From contig CAZALK010000001.1 of the NCBI GenBank assembly GCA_964486045.1, forward strand, positions 128,001 through 192,000: a stretch of 64,000 bases of DNA, given 5' to 3'. The translations under genes and the position numbers were made by a program. Source of the DNA: an uncultured archaeon. GTDB taxonomy: Archaea; Asgardarchaeota; Lokiarchaeia; Sigyniarchaeales; SOKP01. Below, piece after piece: positions 40,602 through 49,531 of the stretch. Below the pieces are notes generated by a model. It searched no databases, was not told the origin of the DNA, and worked only from the letters and a program-made list of their open reading frames with translations. Every line of letters begins with the position of its first letter. Positions within the stretch are counted from its first letter, which is position 1.

Positions 40602-41702
40602 ATGGGGAAGAATGAAACTACAAATAAACTATTCATCTTTTACTTTGACCAAGTAGAAGGACCAAAGTTATTTTTCAGTAAGAGTGAATATAATCCTTTT
40701 AGCAGTGTTATTCTGGATATGCTCTTAAGTTATGGGAGTGGAGAGAAACCTTTCCCAATTGCTTTTGAAGACTTCCAGACGTTAAATTATAGATTTTATA
40801 TTCCCTCAAAACTTGCGAGAAGTGGATTTGAAGAATTTATGATAACTTTTTTAGTTAATGAACAGTCTACAGAGAACTTTAAATCTTTAAAACTTAAATC
40901 TCAGATTATTAAAGAATTTGCCCATGAATTAAAAAATCTTAAAGAGTTCCCAAAGATTCTTTCTGAGAAGCGAAAATCCCGAAAGGATATAGGAGAGTTG
41001 GGTTATAGCAAATTTAAAAACACCCTCTGGGATATATATGATAAATACTATAAATTTTTTTCATTACCATTCGCAGGAAAACCAAATGAGAAGACGATAT
41101 GCATTTTGAAAAACAACATTAAGTCGGAAATTTTGATTTACATAATTCATGCTTGTTTATTTAGGAAAAAGATTTTAGTTTCAATTAAGAAGGAGTTTAC
41201 ATATTTGATTCCTGAATTAAACGATTTTATCGATTACATCTTTCAAAAATCTTTTACAGGAGATATTCTCATTAAATCTAAATCACAATACAAGAAAAAC
41301 CGACAGCTTTATGAAGGATATATTGTTATGGATGAAAAAGATTTAGTGAATGAAACACGAAAGTTGATAAATTCAAACCAATTAATGCAAGAAAGGGAAT
41401 TTGTAAGATTATTCTACAACAATAATGATAACAATGCATGTGTTCTTAATTTAAAAGAGAAATTGGAAGGGATTTACATTTTAACGAAACATATTTATAA
41501 CTATTTTGAAAGAAATTGTAATAACATCCTGTTTACTCCAAGAACGGTTGTTAAACATCTCGAAGAGTCTCTTTCAGTTAGAAAAATTAGAAGGCAATAT
41601 CTTTATTTTTTAACAGATATTATAAGAGCATATTTTGGGTTAAATATTGTATGGCGGTGGGAAAAACTTGGTGAAAAAATTGATGAACTATGGAAATGCT
41701 AG
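40602..41702 (+). CDS. Longin/DENN-like protein (Asgard type)
   Basis: N-terminal FYFDQVEGP and IPSKLARSG.E..MITF longin-like motifs; central IIHACLFRKKILV cDENN-like motif; ATG at 40602 follows GGTGA. Confidence 0.6.
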   Translation: MGKNETTNKLFIFYFDQVEGPKLFFSKSEYNPFSSVILDMLLSYGSGEKPFPIAFEDFQTLNYRFYIPSKLARSGFEEFMITFLVNEQSTENFKSLKLKSQIIKEFAHELKNLKEFPKILSEKRKSRKDIGELGYSKFKNTLWDIYDKYYKFFSLPFAGKPNEKTICILKNNIKSEILIYIIHACLFRKKILVSIKKEFTYLIPELNDFIDYIFQKSFTGDILIKSKSQYKKNRQLYEGYIVMDEKDLVNETRKLINSNQLMQEREFVRLFYNNNDNNACVLNLKEKLEGIYILTKHIYNYFERNCNNILFTPRTVVKHLEESLSVRKIRRQYLYFLTDIIRAYFGLNIVWRWEKLGEKIDELWKC

Positions 41703-41746
41703 ATTTTCCATCCTCCAACTTTATATTAAAGATATGAATTTAACAC

Positions 41747-43351
41747 TTAGCGCTTTTGGTAGGCAATTTTACCATCTATTATCGTCATGAATATTGGGAT
41801 GTCTTTAATTCTATCTGGGGAAACTGTTAAGATATCTTCTTCGAGGATAACGAAATCTGCGAGTTTATTTGGTTCAATTGAGCCAAGAATATTTTCATCA
41901 AAAGAATGATAAGCAGCATTAATGGTGTAAAGTTTTAACGCTTCAATTACTGAGATCTTTTGACTTTTTCCAATTTCCCTCCCAGCTTTGGTTTTTCTGT
42001 TGACTAAAGCATGAATTGCCATGAGTGGTGGAAAAGGAGAGCAGGGGTGATCAGAATGTGCTGCAACTATAACACCAGCATCTAAGAAAGAACGAGCAGC
42101 AAACATATTTTCTAACCTCTTTTCACCAAAAGAGGGGATCAGTTTATCGCCATGGTAATATGGATAAGCACCAAAGATAGTAGGAAGCACGTTTAATTCT
42201 TTAATTCTTCTTACTAATATTTCGTTGACCACACTGCAATGGATATCCCTATTACGAGGGTCTTCTCTTGGAAAATTCTTTTGAAGCTCTTCAATAATAT
42301 CTAAGTATATTTTAATAGCACGATCTCCATTAGCGTGAGCAGAAATTCTAAACTCTTTTTCATAGGCTTTTGTAAGAAGTTCAGTAGCTATTTCTTTGGT
42401 AGTTGACATCACTCCGTAAAAATCTGGTTTATCTAAATATGGTTCTGAGACGGCTGCTGTCCTTGCTGAGACTGCCCCATCAAAGAAGAATTTTAACCCG
42501 CAAATACGAACCCAGTCATCCCCGAGTCCTCTATATATACCAAGTTTATCTAACTCTTCAAGAAGTTCGATGGTAACATCCATTCTAATCCTAATAGGAA
42601 GTTCTCCATGGTTTTTTAAATCAATTGCTGCTCGGATCTCTGATTTTCCAACTAAATCATATACGCATGTTAAACCAACTGAACTACATTCATTCAGAAT
42701 CTGTTTAGCTCCTGAATAAGATTGATTTCGACTCGGTTGTGGAGGTCCTTCAGATCTCAGAGAAAAATAGGCTCCCTCATGAAGACCCCCAGTTAATTCC
42801 CCGGATTCTTGATTCCTATCAAATTTTCCTCCTTCTGGGTCAGGCGAATCCTTTGTGATATTCGAAAGTTCAAAAGTTTTTGAATTTGCCATCCAAAAAT
42901 GACCTCCAACAGTAGTTATTAAAATAGGGTGTTCTTTGGAGATTGCATCAAGTTCTATTCTATTTGGGTGTCTTTTCTCTTCAAGTTTTGAATCATCTTC
43001 TTGATATCCAAAAATCCAATCACCTATAGGTGTGTGTTCTGCTTTTGTTTTTAGAATTTTTTGAATATCAGAGATTGAATGAATTCCAGCTTCTTCACTT
43101 AGATCAACATATATTTGCTTAGAGGAACCCTCATTTATAAAATGTCCATGTGAATCGATTAATCCGGGGATTACTGTTTTCCCTAAGAGATCTATTATTT
43201 TAGTTTCCTCCCCACCATATTTATCGACATCAGAATTGCTTCCAACGGTTATTATCCTATTAAACTTAACAGCTAAAGCTTGGAATACAGATTCTTGAGG
43301 ATTTAAACTTATAATCTTGCCGTTCCTTAGAATGAGGTCAGCAAAAATCAT
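41747..43351 (-). CDS. Amidohydrolase 3 family (YtcJ-like)
   Basis: PGLIDSHGH, KFFFDG, HANGD, HSDHP, GSIEPNKLADF. Confidence 0.93.
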   Translation of the reverse strand: MIFADLILRNGKIISLNPQESVFQALAVKFNRIITVGSNSDVDKYGGEETKIIDLLGKTVIPGLIDSHGHFINEGSSKQIYVDLSEEAGIHSISDIQKILKTKAEHTPIGDWIFGYQEDDSKLEEKRHPNRIELDAISKEHPILITTVGGHFWMANSKTFELSNITKDSPDPEGGKFDRNQESGELTGGLHEGAYFSLRSEGPPQPSRNQSYSGAKQILNECSSVGLTCVYDLVGKSEIRAAIDLKNHGELPIRIRMDVTIELLEELDKLGIYRGLGDDWVRICGLKFFFDGAVSARTAAVSEPYLDKPDFYGVMSTTKEIATELLTKAYEKEFRISAHANGDRAIKIYLDIIEELQKNFPREDPRNRDIHCSVVNEILVRRIKELNVLPTIFGAYPYYHGDKLIPSFGEKRLENMFAARSFLDAGVIVAAHSDHPCSPFPPLMAIHALVNRKTKAGREIGKSQKISVIEALKLYTINAAYHSFDENILGSIEPNKLADFVILEEDILTVSPDRIKDIPIFMTIIDGKIAYQKR

Positions 43352-43635
43352 TATACTTTTATCAAAAATGCATTTGATTTAATAATTACTGTTTTTGTAG
43401 TATTTTTCAGAAAGCTATGATAGAAAGAATACAATAAAGGAGAGAAGAAACTTTAAGAATTTAAGAAGAAAATTAGTCTCCGATTATAATATATCCTATA
43501 AACGCTAATAAGGTAAATATTGCCATTTTTAACCTCCAAAATTAATTTGATTATTACATTGAATTTTGGTAAATATATATAAAGAAAAAAATGGAAAAAA
43601 TTGGATTTTAAAAATCTAGATGTAAATTTATAGAT

Positions 43636-44229
43636 ATGATTGTTGATCACGTCGATAAAACAATTAGTATAAAAATTGTATATTTTGGACCGGCTCTTTC
43701 TGGTAAGACAACTTCAATAAAAACTTTATTTTCTCTTTTTGGTAAGGAGGAGGAAATATGTAGTATTGAAAGTACAGTAAATAGAACTTTATTCTTTGAT
43801 TATGGTATTGTTTCCTTTCAAAATCAGGATTGGAAGATCAAAATTCATATTTATACTACAACTGGCCAGGATTTCTATATAATAACTAGGTTAATTACAT
43901 TACATGCGGTAGATGGAATCATCTTTGTATTAGACTCTCAAAAAGAAGTTTACGACCGAAATTTGGCATCTTGGAAAGAACTTCTTTCATATTTTAGTGA
44001 ATCTATTGAAACCATTCCAACTATTATAGCATTTAACAAACAAGATTTGCCTATAAAATTTAATCCTGAAACGTTCTTGCATAACATTAATTTTGGGAAA
44101 TATAAAAACATTGATACAATATATACCAGTGCAAAACTAGGAGAAGGTATTTTGGACTGTTTTGAAAATATTTTGCAATTAATTTTAAAAAAATACTATA
44201 AAAACAAAATAGTTAATGTATTAAATTAA
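43636..44229 (+). CDS. MglA-like small GTPase (no adjacent MglB)
   Basis: KIVYFGPALSGKTT, RTLFFDY, TTGQ, NKQD, SAK. Confidence 0.9.
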   Translation: MIVDHVDKTISIKIVYFGPALSGKTTSIKTLFSLFGKEEEICSIESTVNRTLFFDYGIVSFQNQDWKIKIHIYTTTGQDFYIITRLITLHAVDGIIFVLDSQKEVYDRNLASWKELLSYFSESIETIPTIIAFNKQDLPIKFNPETFLHNINFGKYKNIDTIYTSAKLGEGILDCFENILQLILKKYYKNKIVNVLN

Positions 44230-44265
44230 AAAAGAAAAAGAGATATCTTATTTTTTCTTCCTTGT

Positions 44266-46179
44266 TTAGCTAAGCAACCATTCCAATTTTAATTTCTTTA
44301 AGGTTTCTTCAGTAGGGTTTCCAGTTTCATCGTCCCATCCGGCCTTTTTATAATACATTTCCTGAGCCTTATAGAATTTCTCCTTATCAATCCCAATGCC
44401 TTTTCCGGGACCTTCAGTGAGAGGTTTAAAAACACGTTCTGGTAATTTATCATCTTCTTTCGTAAAACCTTCTCGCGCATTAAAATACCTCATCATATTA
44501 ATCCTACGCGCTCCAACTTCTAAAAGTTCTTTTATAGTCGTATTCCACCCAATTCCGTATTTACATAAATCCAACAAGTTATCGGGACCATAAAGCTGCC
44601 AAGCAATACCCCAGACAAACTGACAAAGGCCTAAAGAATCTGTCATAGAATAAAAACATTGACCATCGAAAATATATCGAATTTTATTTTCATCCAAAAT
44701 GGTTGAATTTGCGTAGTGATTATAATCTCCAATCATATCTATACGACCTTTAAAAGGATTTCCAGGGATTGCGATCATAGTATCATGTTCACAAATTTCA
44801 TGATCTGCACCATAGGGATTTATAGAATAGGCAATTCCTAAACCAGGTTTAATTTGAGGCATATGAGCTGGTAATTCTTGCCCTTTAACACCCATAAATA
44901 AAGGAATTGCTTTTTCACCGAGTTGATCAGCACATCTTTTACTTCCTTCTGCGAGAAAATCTCCAAATCCTTCTCTTTTTGCTATTTTCTCTGTTAAAAT
45001 CGGAAGGACATCTTTATTCCCAAAGGTTAGTTCTAATCCTTCAGTTTTCTCTTTTGTGAGAATCCCTTTTTCAAAGCATTCCATAGCGAAAGCAATAGTT
45101 GCCCCGGTGGAAACAGTATCAAGCCCGTACATATTACATAACTGATTACATATGCAAACAGTCTCTAAATCAGTTACTCCACAATAAGAGCCAAAACTGG
45201 CCAAAGTTTCATATTCTGGACCTCCATATTTAGGATAAACCTTCCCAGGAATGTCAATTACTCTTTTACACCTCACAGCACAAGCATAGCAAGTTTCTCT
45301 TTTTTTTAAAATCCCAGTTTCAACCATTTTTCTTCCATCAATATTGGGTGCATCTTCTAGATACCCTTCTGAATAATTTTTAGATGGAAGAAAACCACTT
45401 CTATTTTGGGTAAATAAGAAAGTTCCAGTTCCACCAGAGCCCCACCCGTCTGCAAATCCTTTAATTCTACCTATCATTTCAGAAGAACTAGTTAATGAAT
45501 TAAATCCTTCTTTATCGTAAGGTACTATCGTTGTTTTTCTTTTAACTACGACAGCTTTCAAGTTTTTTGATCCCATTACTGCTCCTGTACCATTTCTTCC
45601 ATTTGCTCTTGTCAGATTATTTATCACACAAGCATATTTGACAAGATTTTCCCCTGCTGGTCCTATTTGGGCAACTTCAATATCTGTATCTCCAATTTCT
45701 TTTTTGATTATTTCTTCCGCATCCCCGGTTATTTTACCCCACACATTTTTTGCATCTTTAAGTTCAATTTCTTCTCCATCAATATACACATATAATGGAC
45801 TATCAGCTTTCCCACGAAAGATGATAGCATCATATCCGTTAGCTTTTAAGAATACAGGGAAATCACCTCCAGCTTGACTATCCCCACAACCCCCGGTCAA
45901 TGGGCTTTTTGTTGAAATTGTTAACCTACTTAAACCACTGACAGGTAAACCAGCAAACGGTGATACTGAAAAGACTAGTATATTATCAGGAGAAAAGGGA
46001 TCTATTTTGGGACCCATTTCTTGCAGCATTAGGTATACACCTAAAGCAGAACCTCCTGGATATAATCTATATATATCACCTGGGAGTGTTCTTTTGGAGA
46101 TTTTTTTGTTTGTTAAGTCTATATCCAAAATTTTTGCTTCTGGGAATGAAACCTTTGATTTATCTTCTGTTATTGTCAT
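44266..46179 (-). CDS. Tungsten aldehyde:ferredoxin oxidoreductase family protein
   Basis: KSPLTG, IGPAGE, GR.GTGAVMGSKNLKA, CYACAVRC, GPEYET, GLDTVS, DSLGLC. Confidence 0.95.
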   Translation of the reverse strand: MTITEDKSKVSFPEAKILDIDLTNKKISKRTLPGDIYRLYPGGSALGVYLMLQEMGPKIDPFSPDNILVFSVSPFAGLPVSGLSRLTISTKSPLTGGCGDSQAGGDFPVFLKANGYDAIIFRGKADSPLYVYIDGEEIELKDAKNVWGKITGDAEEIIKKEIGDTDIEVAQIGPAGENLVKYACVINNLTRANGRNGTGAVMGSKNLKAVVVKRKTTIVPYDKEGFNSLTSSSEMIGRIKGFADGWGSGGTGTFLFTQNRSGFLPSKNYSEGYLEDAPNIDGRKMVETGILKKRETCYACAVRCKRVIDIPGKVYPKYGGPEYETLASFGSYCGVTDLETVCICNQLCNMYGLDTVSTGATIAFAMECFEKGILTKEKTEGLELTFGNKDVLPILTEKIAKREGFGDFLAEGSKRCADQLGEKAIPLFMGVKGQELPAHMPQIKPGLGIAYSINPYGADHEICEHDTMIAIPGNPFKGRIDMIGDYNHYANSTILDENKIRYIFDGQCFYSMTDSLGLCQFVWGIAWQLYGPDNLLDLCKYGIGWNTTIKELLEVGARRINMMRYFNAREGFTKEDDKLPERVFKPLTEGPGKGIGIDKEKFYKAQEMYYKKAGWDDETGNPTEETLKKLKLEWLLS

Positions 46180-46320
46180 TTTTTTAAAGACTCCATTATT
46201 TAATTTTATATTTTGACATTATTTTTAATAAAATTCCACAATTATAATCTAAAATCAGACAAAAATAAAAAAGGCTTCGAGATAAATGTATTATGAAAAA
46301 CCCCAAACCATAGATATTTG

Positions 46321-47211
46321 TTATAATTTCAGTTTTTTAAGCTTAGTTTGTGCTTTCTTCTTAAGTTTTTTCTCATATTTATTTAGGAATTTTTCTTTTA
46401 GGAGGAGCTCCTTATTTCGGATTAATTGCCTTAGTGCTATTATGATAAAAAATTTCCCATATTCATCCTGAAATAAAGCAGATATTTCTTTGAAAATCTT
46501 TTTTGTGCTCTTTGAATTATAAATTGCTTGATTTCTTAAGAGGTTCGTTTGCATTAGGATCGAGCTTATATTTTCTACTAAGGTGGACTTCGCATTTCGG
46601 TCATAGAACCGTGCAATCTTATAGTTATTATAAGTTGTACATAAAAGATTCCAATTTGGGATATATGTGAAATTTACGTTACGAATAAAGAAAGATTCAA
46701 ATCTTTTTCTAAATAAATTCGGAGCTATTGTATCCGAATTAGTGAAATGAAGCCCAAAGGGTAATGTTGCAGTAATTTTTTCTTCTTTATATATAATATT
46801 TACATAATAAACTCTCCCTCTATATAGTTGATGTAGCCTTATTTCAGCTGGAGAGATCTTCATGTTTCTAGCATGTTTTGGATCCTTAGGGGAACCCACA
46901 CATCTCCCATCTCCATATAAAATCCATAGTACATAAATTCCTCTATTATTATAATCTTTAGTTCGAGCTGTAATTTCTCTGGATGTTATAGGAGAATTTT
47001 GAATCTCGATAGCTACTTCTTGACCTGATTTTAATTTAAAATAAACATCAGCACGTCGTGACTTAAAATATTTTTCTAAAGATGCTTCAGCGATATTAGA
47101 ATTATTCTCTAAAATTTTCTTGTAAAGCAATTGTTTTATTACTTTATGAGCAAATGACTCCGATTTAGATTCAATTTTAGGGATTAAGGAATTCAATAAT
47201 TTATATTTCAT
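46321..47211 (-). CDS. CoiA-like PD-(D/E)xK nuclease
   Basis: ESFAHKVIK, RRADV, AIEIQNSPI...RT..Y...GIYVLWI. Confidence 0.82.
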   Translation of the reverse strand: MKYKLLNSLIPKIESKSESFAHKVIKQLLYKKILENNSNIAEASLEKYFKSRRADVYFKLKSGQEVAIEIQNSPITSREITARTKDYNNRGIYVLWILYGDGRCVGSPKDPKHARNMKISPAEIRLHQLYRGRVYYVNIIYKEEKITATLPFGLHFTNSDTIAPNLFRKRFESFFIRNVNFTYIPNWNLLCTTYNNYKIARFYDRNAKSTLVENISSILMQTNLLRNQAIYNSKSTKKIFKEISALFQDEYGKFFIIIALRQLIRNKELLLKEKFLNKYEKKLKKKAQTKLKKLKL

Positions 47212-47227
47212 GATTTAAAAGAAATTA

Positions 47228-47407
47228 TCAAATGAGATTCTCTATCAGGGGTTCTCTTTTCAACTTAGTAACAATACATTTTGTATGAAAATAATAGGAG
47301 TTATCAGCATGAAATTTCCCATTAATAAAGTCACCTACTCGTATTAGAAAATTCTTAGGTACCTCTTTTTGTTCGATGAATGCACCACATATAGCACAAA
47401 CTCCCAT
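47228..47407 (-). CDS. 59-aa zinc-finger protein (CxxC...HxxC), absent from the ORF track
   Basis: MGVCAICGAFIEQKEVPKNFLIRVGDFINGKFHADNSYYFHTKCIVTKLKREPLIENLI*; 16 bp upstream of the CoiA-like gene. Confidence 0.8.
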   Translation of the reverse strand: MGVCAICGAFIEQKEVPKNFLIRVGDFINGKFHADNSYYFHTKCIVTKLKREPLIENLI

Positions 47408-47596
47408 GAGATTTTTAAACCCCTATTTATTTAAGTTAAAAGCCTAAGAAAAAAAAAGAATATCTCCGATTTAAATGAAAAGACAATGGAAATTTTTAGG
47501 TTTCTATTTACTTAAAGAATTAAATTCTATTACTAAGTAACACTTAACTTATTTCAAAAAATCAGTTTTCTCTTTTTCTTTATATACACTGAACGA

Positions 47597-47610
47597 ATTA
47601 TGATCATAAT
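47597..47610. promoter_or_regulatory. Perfect 14-bp palindrome between the TATA-like box and RBS; candidate operator
   Basis: ATTATGATCATAAT downstream of TTTATATA (47579-47586) and upstream of AGGTGA. Confidence 0.4.
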
Positions 47611-47633
47611 ATTATATTGAAAGGTGACAAAAA

Positions 47634-48317
47634 ATAGTAGACACTCATAATCAAAGTTTTTTTGGACAATCCACCGGGATGTTTATTCAGAGCTCTTCTA
47701 AAAAAGAATCTTTTATTTTTATGAAATTTATTAAAAAGAAGGGAGATGGATCCTGGGAAAAATTATCAACAAGAGAAGGAAAAACTATAAAGGTTGGTTT
47801 AGAAGAAGTCGTAATGATTCTTGAAGTGCTGAAAAAAAAGATTAAATCTTGGTCCACTATTCACAGTTTTAAAGATGATAAAACACCTATTTCTGTCAGT
47901 TGGGAGGGAGACAGCAAAGTGTGGTTTAATATAGGTAATTACCCCAAGATGTTAGGTTTTGCTCAAATTGAGATTTTGAAGTTATTGCTCTTACATCTCC
48001 TTGAAGAGAAAATTGAATTTGCCACTACATCTGATATGCCTAAAAATCAGGTTGTTGTGGAACAAAATGTAGTCAAGAAGCAAGAAAAAGTTGAACTCAC
48101 CGTAATAGAGGAAACCAATCCCGAAAGTGATCTTCAGAAAGTAGAAGGAATGATTACTGGAGAGACCGAAAAAGCTGTTCTTCTCAAATTAAATAATGGA
48201 GCTGAAAATTGGTTTCCAAAATCTACGATCAAATCTCAATATTCTCCTGAAAAGGAAACTTCCCAAACATTCTTAATAGACTCTTGGATAATTGAAAAAA
48301 ATAAAATCCCTGTTTAA
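47634..48317 (+). CDS. Uncharacterised protein, possibly ssDNA-binding (PC4/Whirly-like N-domain, small beta-barrel C-domain)
   Basis: ORF from ATG 47679, extendable to an SD-positioned ATA at 47634; C-terminal GETEKAVLL...WFPKS motif. Confidence 0.65.
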   Translation: MVDTHNQSFFGQSTGMFIQSSSKKESFIFMKFIKKKGDGSWEKLSTREGKTIKVGLEEVVMILEVLKKKIKSWSTIHSFKDDKTPISVSWEGDSKVWFNIGNYPKMLGFAQIEILKLLLLHLLEEKIEFATTSDMPKNQVVVEQNVVKKQEKVELTVIEETNPESDLQKVEGMITGETEKAVLLKLNNGAENWFPKSTIKSQYSPEKETSQTFLIDSWIIEKNKIPV

Positions 48318-48323
48318 TATTAG

Positions 48324-48333
48324 TTTTTTTTTT
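48324..48333 (+). terminator. Oligo-T archaeal terminator candidate
   Basis: T10 run 6 nt after the stop codon at 48317. Confidence 0.4.
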
Positions 48334-48435
48334 AATATCAAGAGTTTTTATTAATATTCTTTATTTCTAATTTCTTAATAAATTCTTTATTACAATATTA
48401 ATTGTTAATTTTATTGAGACTCATGCTTTAAATTT

Positions 48436-49377
48436 TTGAAAATGAATAAAATCTTTATTAAATCTCAAGCTAATAATGTGAAAGAAACCAAGATAAGAGA
48501 TGACGTTTTATCCTCTGAAATGAATTATCCACTATTTAACTCGTTTACATTTGTAAAAGGGATTGGTGAAAAAACAGAAACAACACTCAAAGAATTAGGA
48601 ATAAATAGTTGGGAGGATGTGATAAAAAAGAAATGTCCTGAACTGTTTCCAAAACAAAAATGGCATGCCTTATGGAATGGCGTCAATTCAGTCTTAGAGG
48701 CACTAAAAATTCTTGACATTTCCCAATTAACAAGTCTCTTACCCAAAATACAACATTGGAAGATGATTCCAAACTTTCTTGACCGAATCGCCTACCTCGA
48801 TATTGAAACGACAGGGTTAAGTCCTCAATATAGCTATATAACGACAATTGCTGTTTATGATGGAAAGAGAGTTCACGATTTTGTCCGAGGTGAAAATTTA
48901 AATGAATTTCCTAGGTTTATTTCAAAATTTCCTGCAATAACAACTTTTTATGGCAAGGCTTTCGATATTCCGTTTATCAAGCAAGAAATGGGAATTAACT
49001 TTAATCAAATCCATTTTGATGTGTGCTTCTTACTCAGGAAATTAAAGATTAAAGGAGGATTAAAAAGAATTGAGAAAAGGTTTGGAATTTCGCGCGGAAG
49101 TCTCGAAGACTTGGATGGCTATTCTGCGGTACTCTTGTGGAAAAAATTTAAGAAAAGCCAAAAAAAAGAATATCTCGAGACTTTATTAGCCTATAATAAC
49201 GAAGATGTTATCAATCTCGAGTTCCTCTTATATCAAGCTTATAATCTTCTAATAGAAAAAGAACACGTCTTTACATCCCCTTTAGAATTTCCAAAAAAGA
49301 AGGTAAAGAATCCCTTTCTGGCAAACAAACGGGTCGTAGATGAAATATTAGGGAGAGGGATCAATTTGTACAGTTAA
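48436..49377 (+). CDS. DEDD 3'-5' exonuclease, RNase H-like (YprB/MrfB-like), with N-terminal HhH
   Basis: KGIGEKT HhH; YLDIETTGL, GKAFDIPFI, HFD, LKRIE, YNNEDV. Confidence 0.9.
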   Translation: MKMNKIFIKSQANNVKETKIRDDVLSSEMNYPLFNSFTFVKGIGEKTETTLKELGINSWEDVIKKKCPELFPKQKWHALWNGVNSVLEALKILDISQLTSLLPKIQHWKMIPNFLDRIAYLDIETTGLSPQYSYITTIAVYDGKRVHDFVRGENLNEFPRFISKFPAITTFYGKAFDIPFIKQEMGINFNQIHFDVCFLLRKLKIKGGLKRIEKRFGISRGSLEDLDGYSAVLLWKKFKKSQKKEYLETLLAYNNEDVINLEFLLYQAYNLLIEKEHVFTSPLEFPKKKVKNPFLANKRVVDEILGRGINLYS

Positions 49378-49531
49378 TACTCTCTATTCTATATCTCTCT
49401 TTACTTTACTTCTAGTAAAAATATTGATAGATTTACATTTAATACGTTAACTTAAAGAACCTTAATCTTTATTTTTGTTTAAAGAATGCCATGAATTTGT
49501 AATAAAACATGAAACTTCTTCTACTCAAGAA

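Noticed and set aside
43453-43650. 65-aa minus-strand ORF upstream of the amidohydrolase
   Set aside because: Low-complexity AT-rich translation overlapping the divergent promoter region and the GTPase start.
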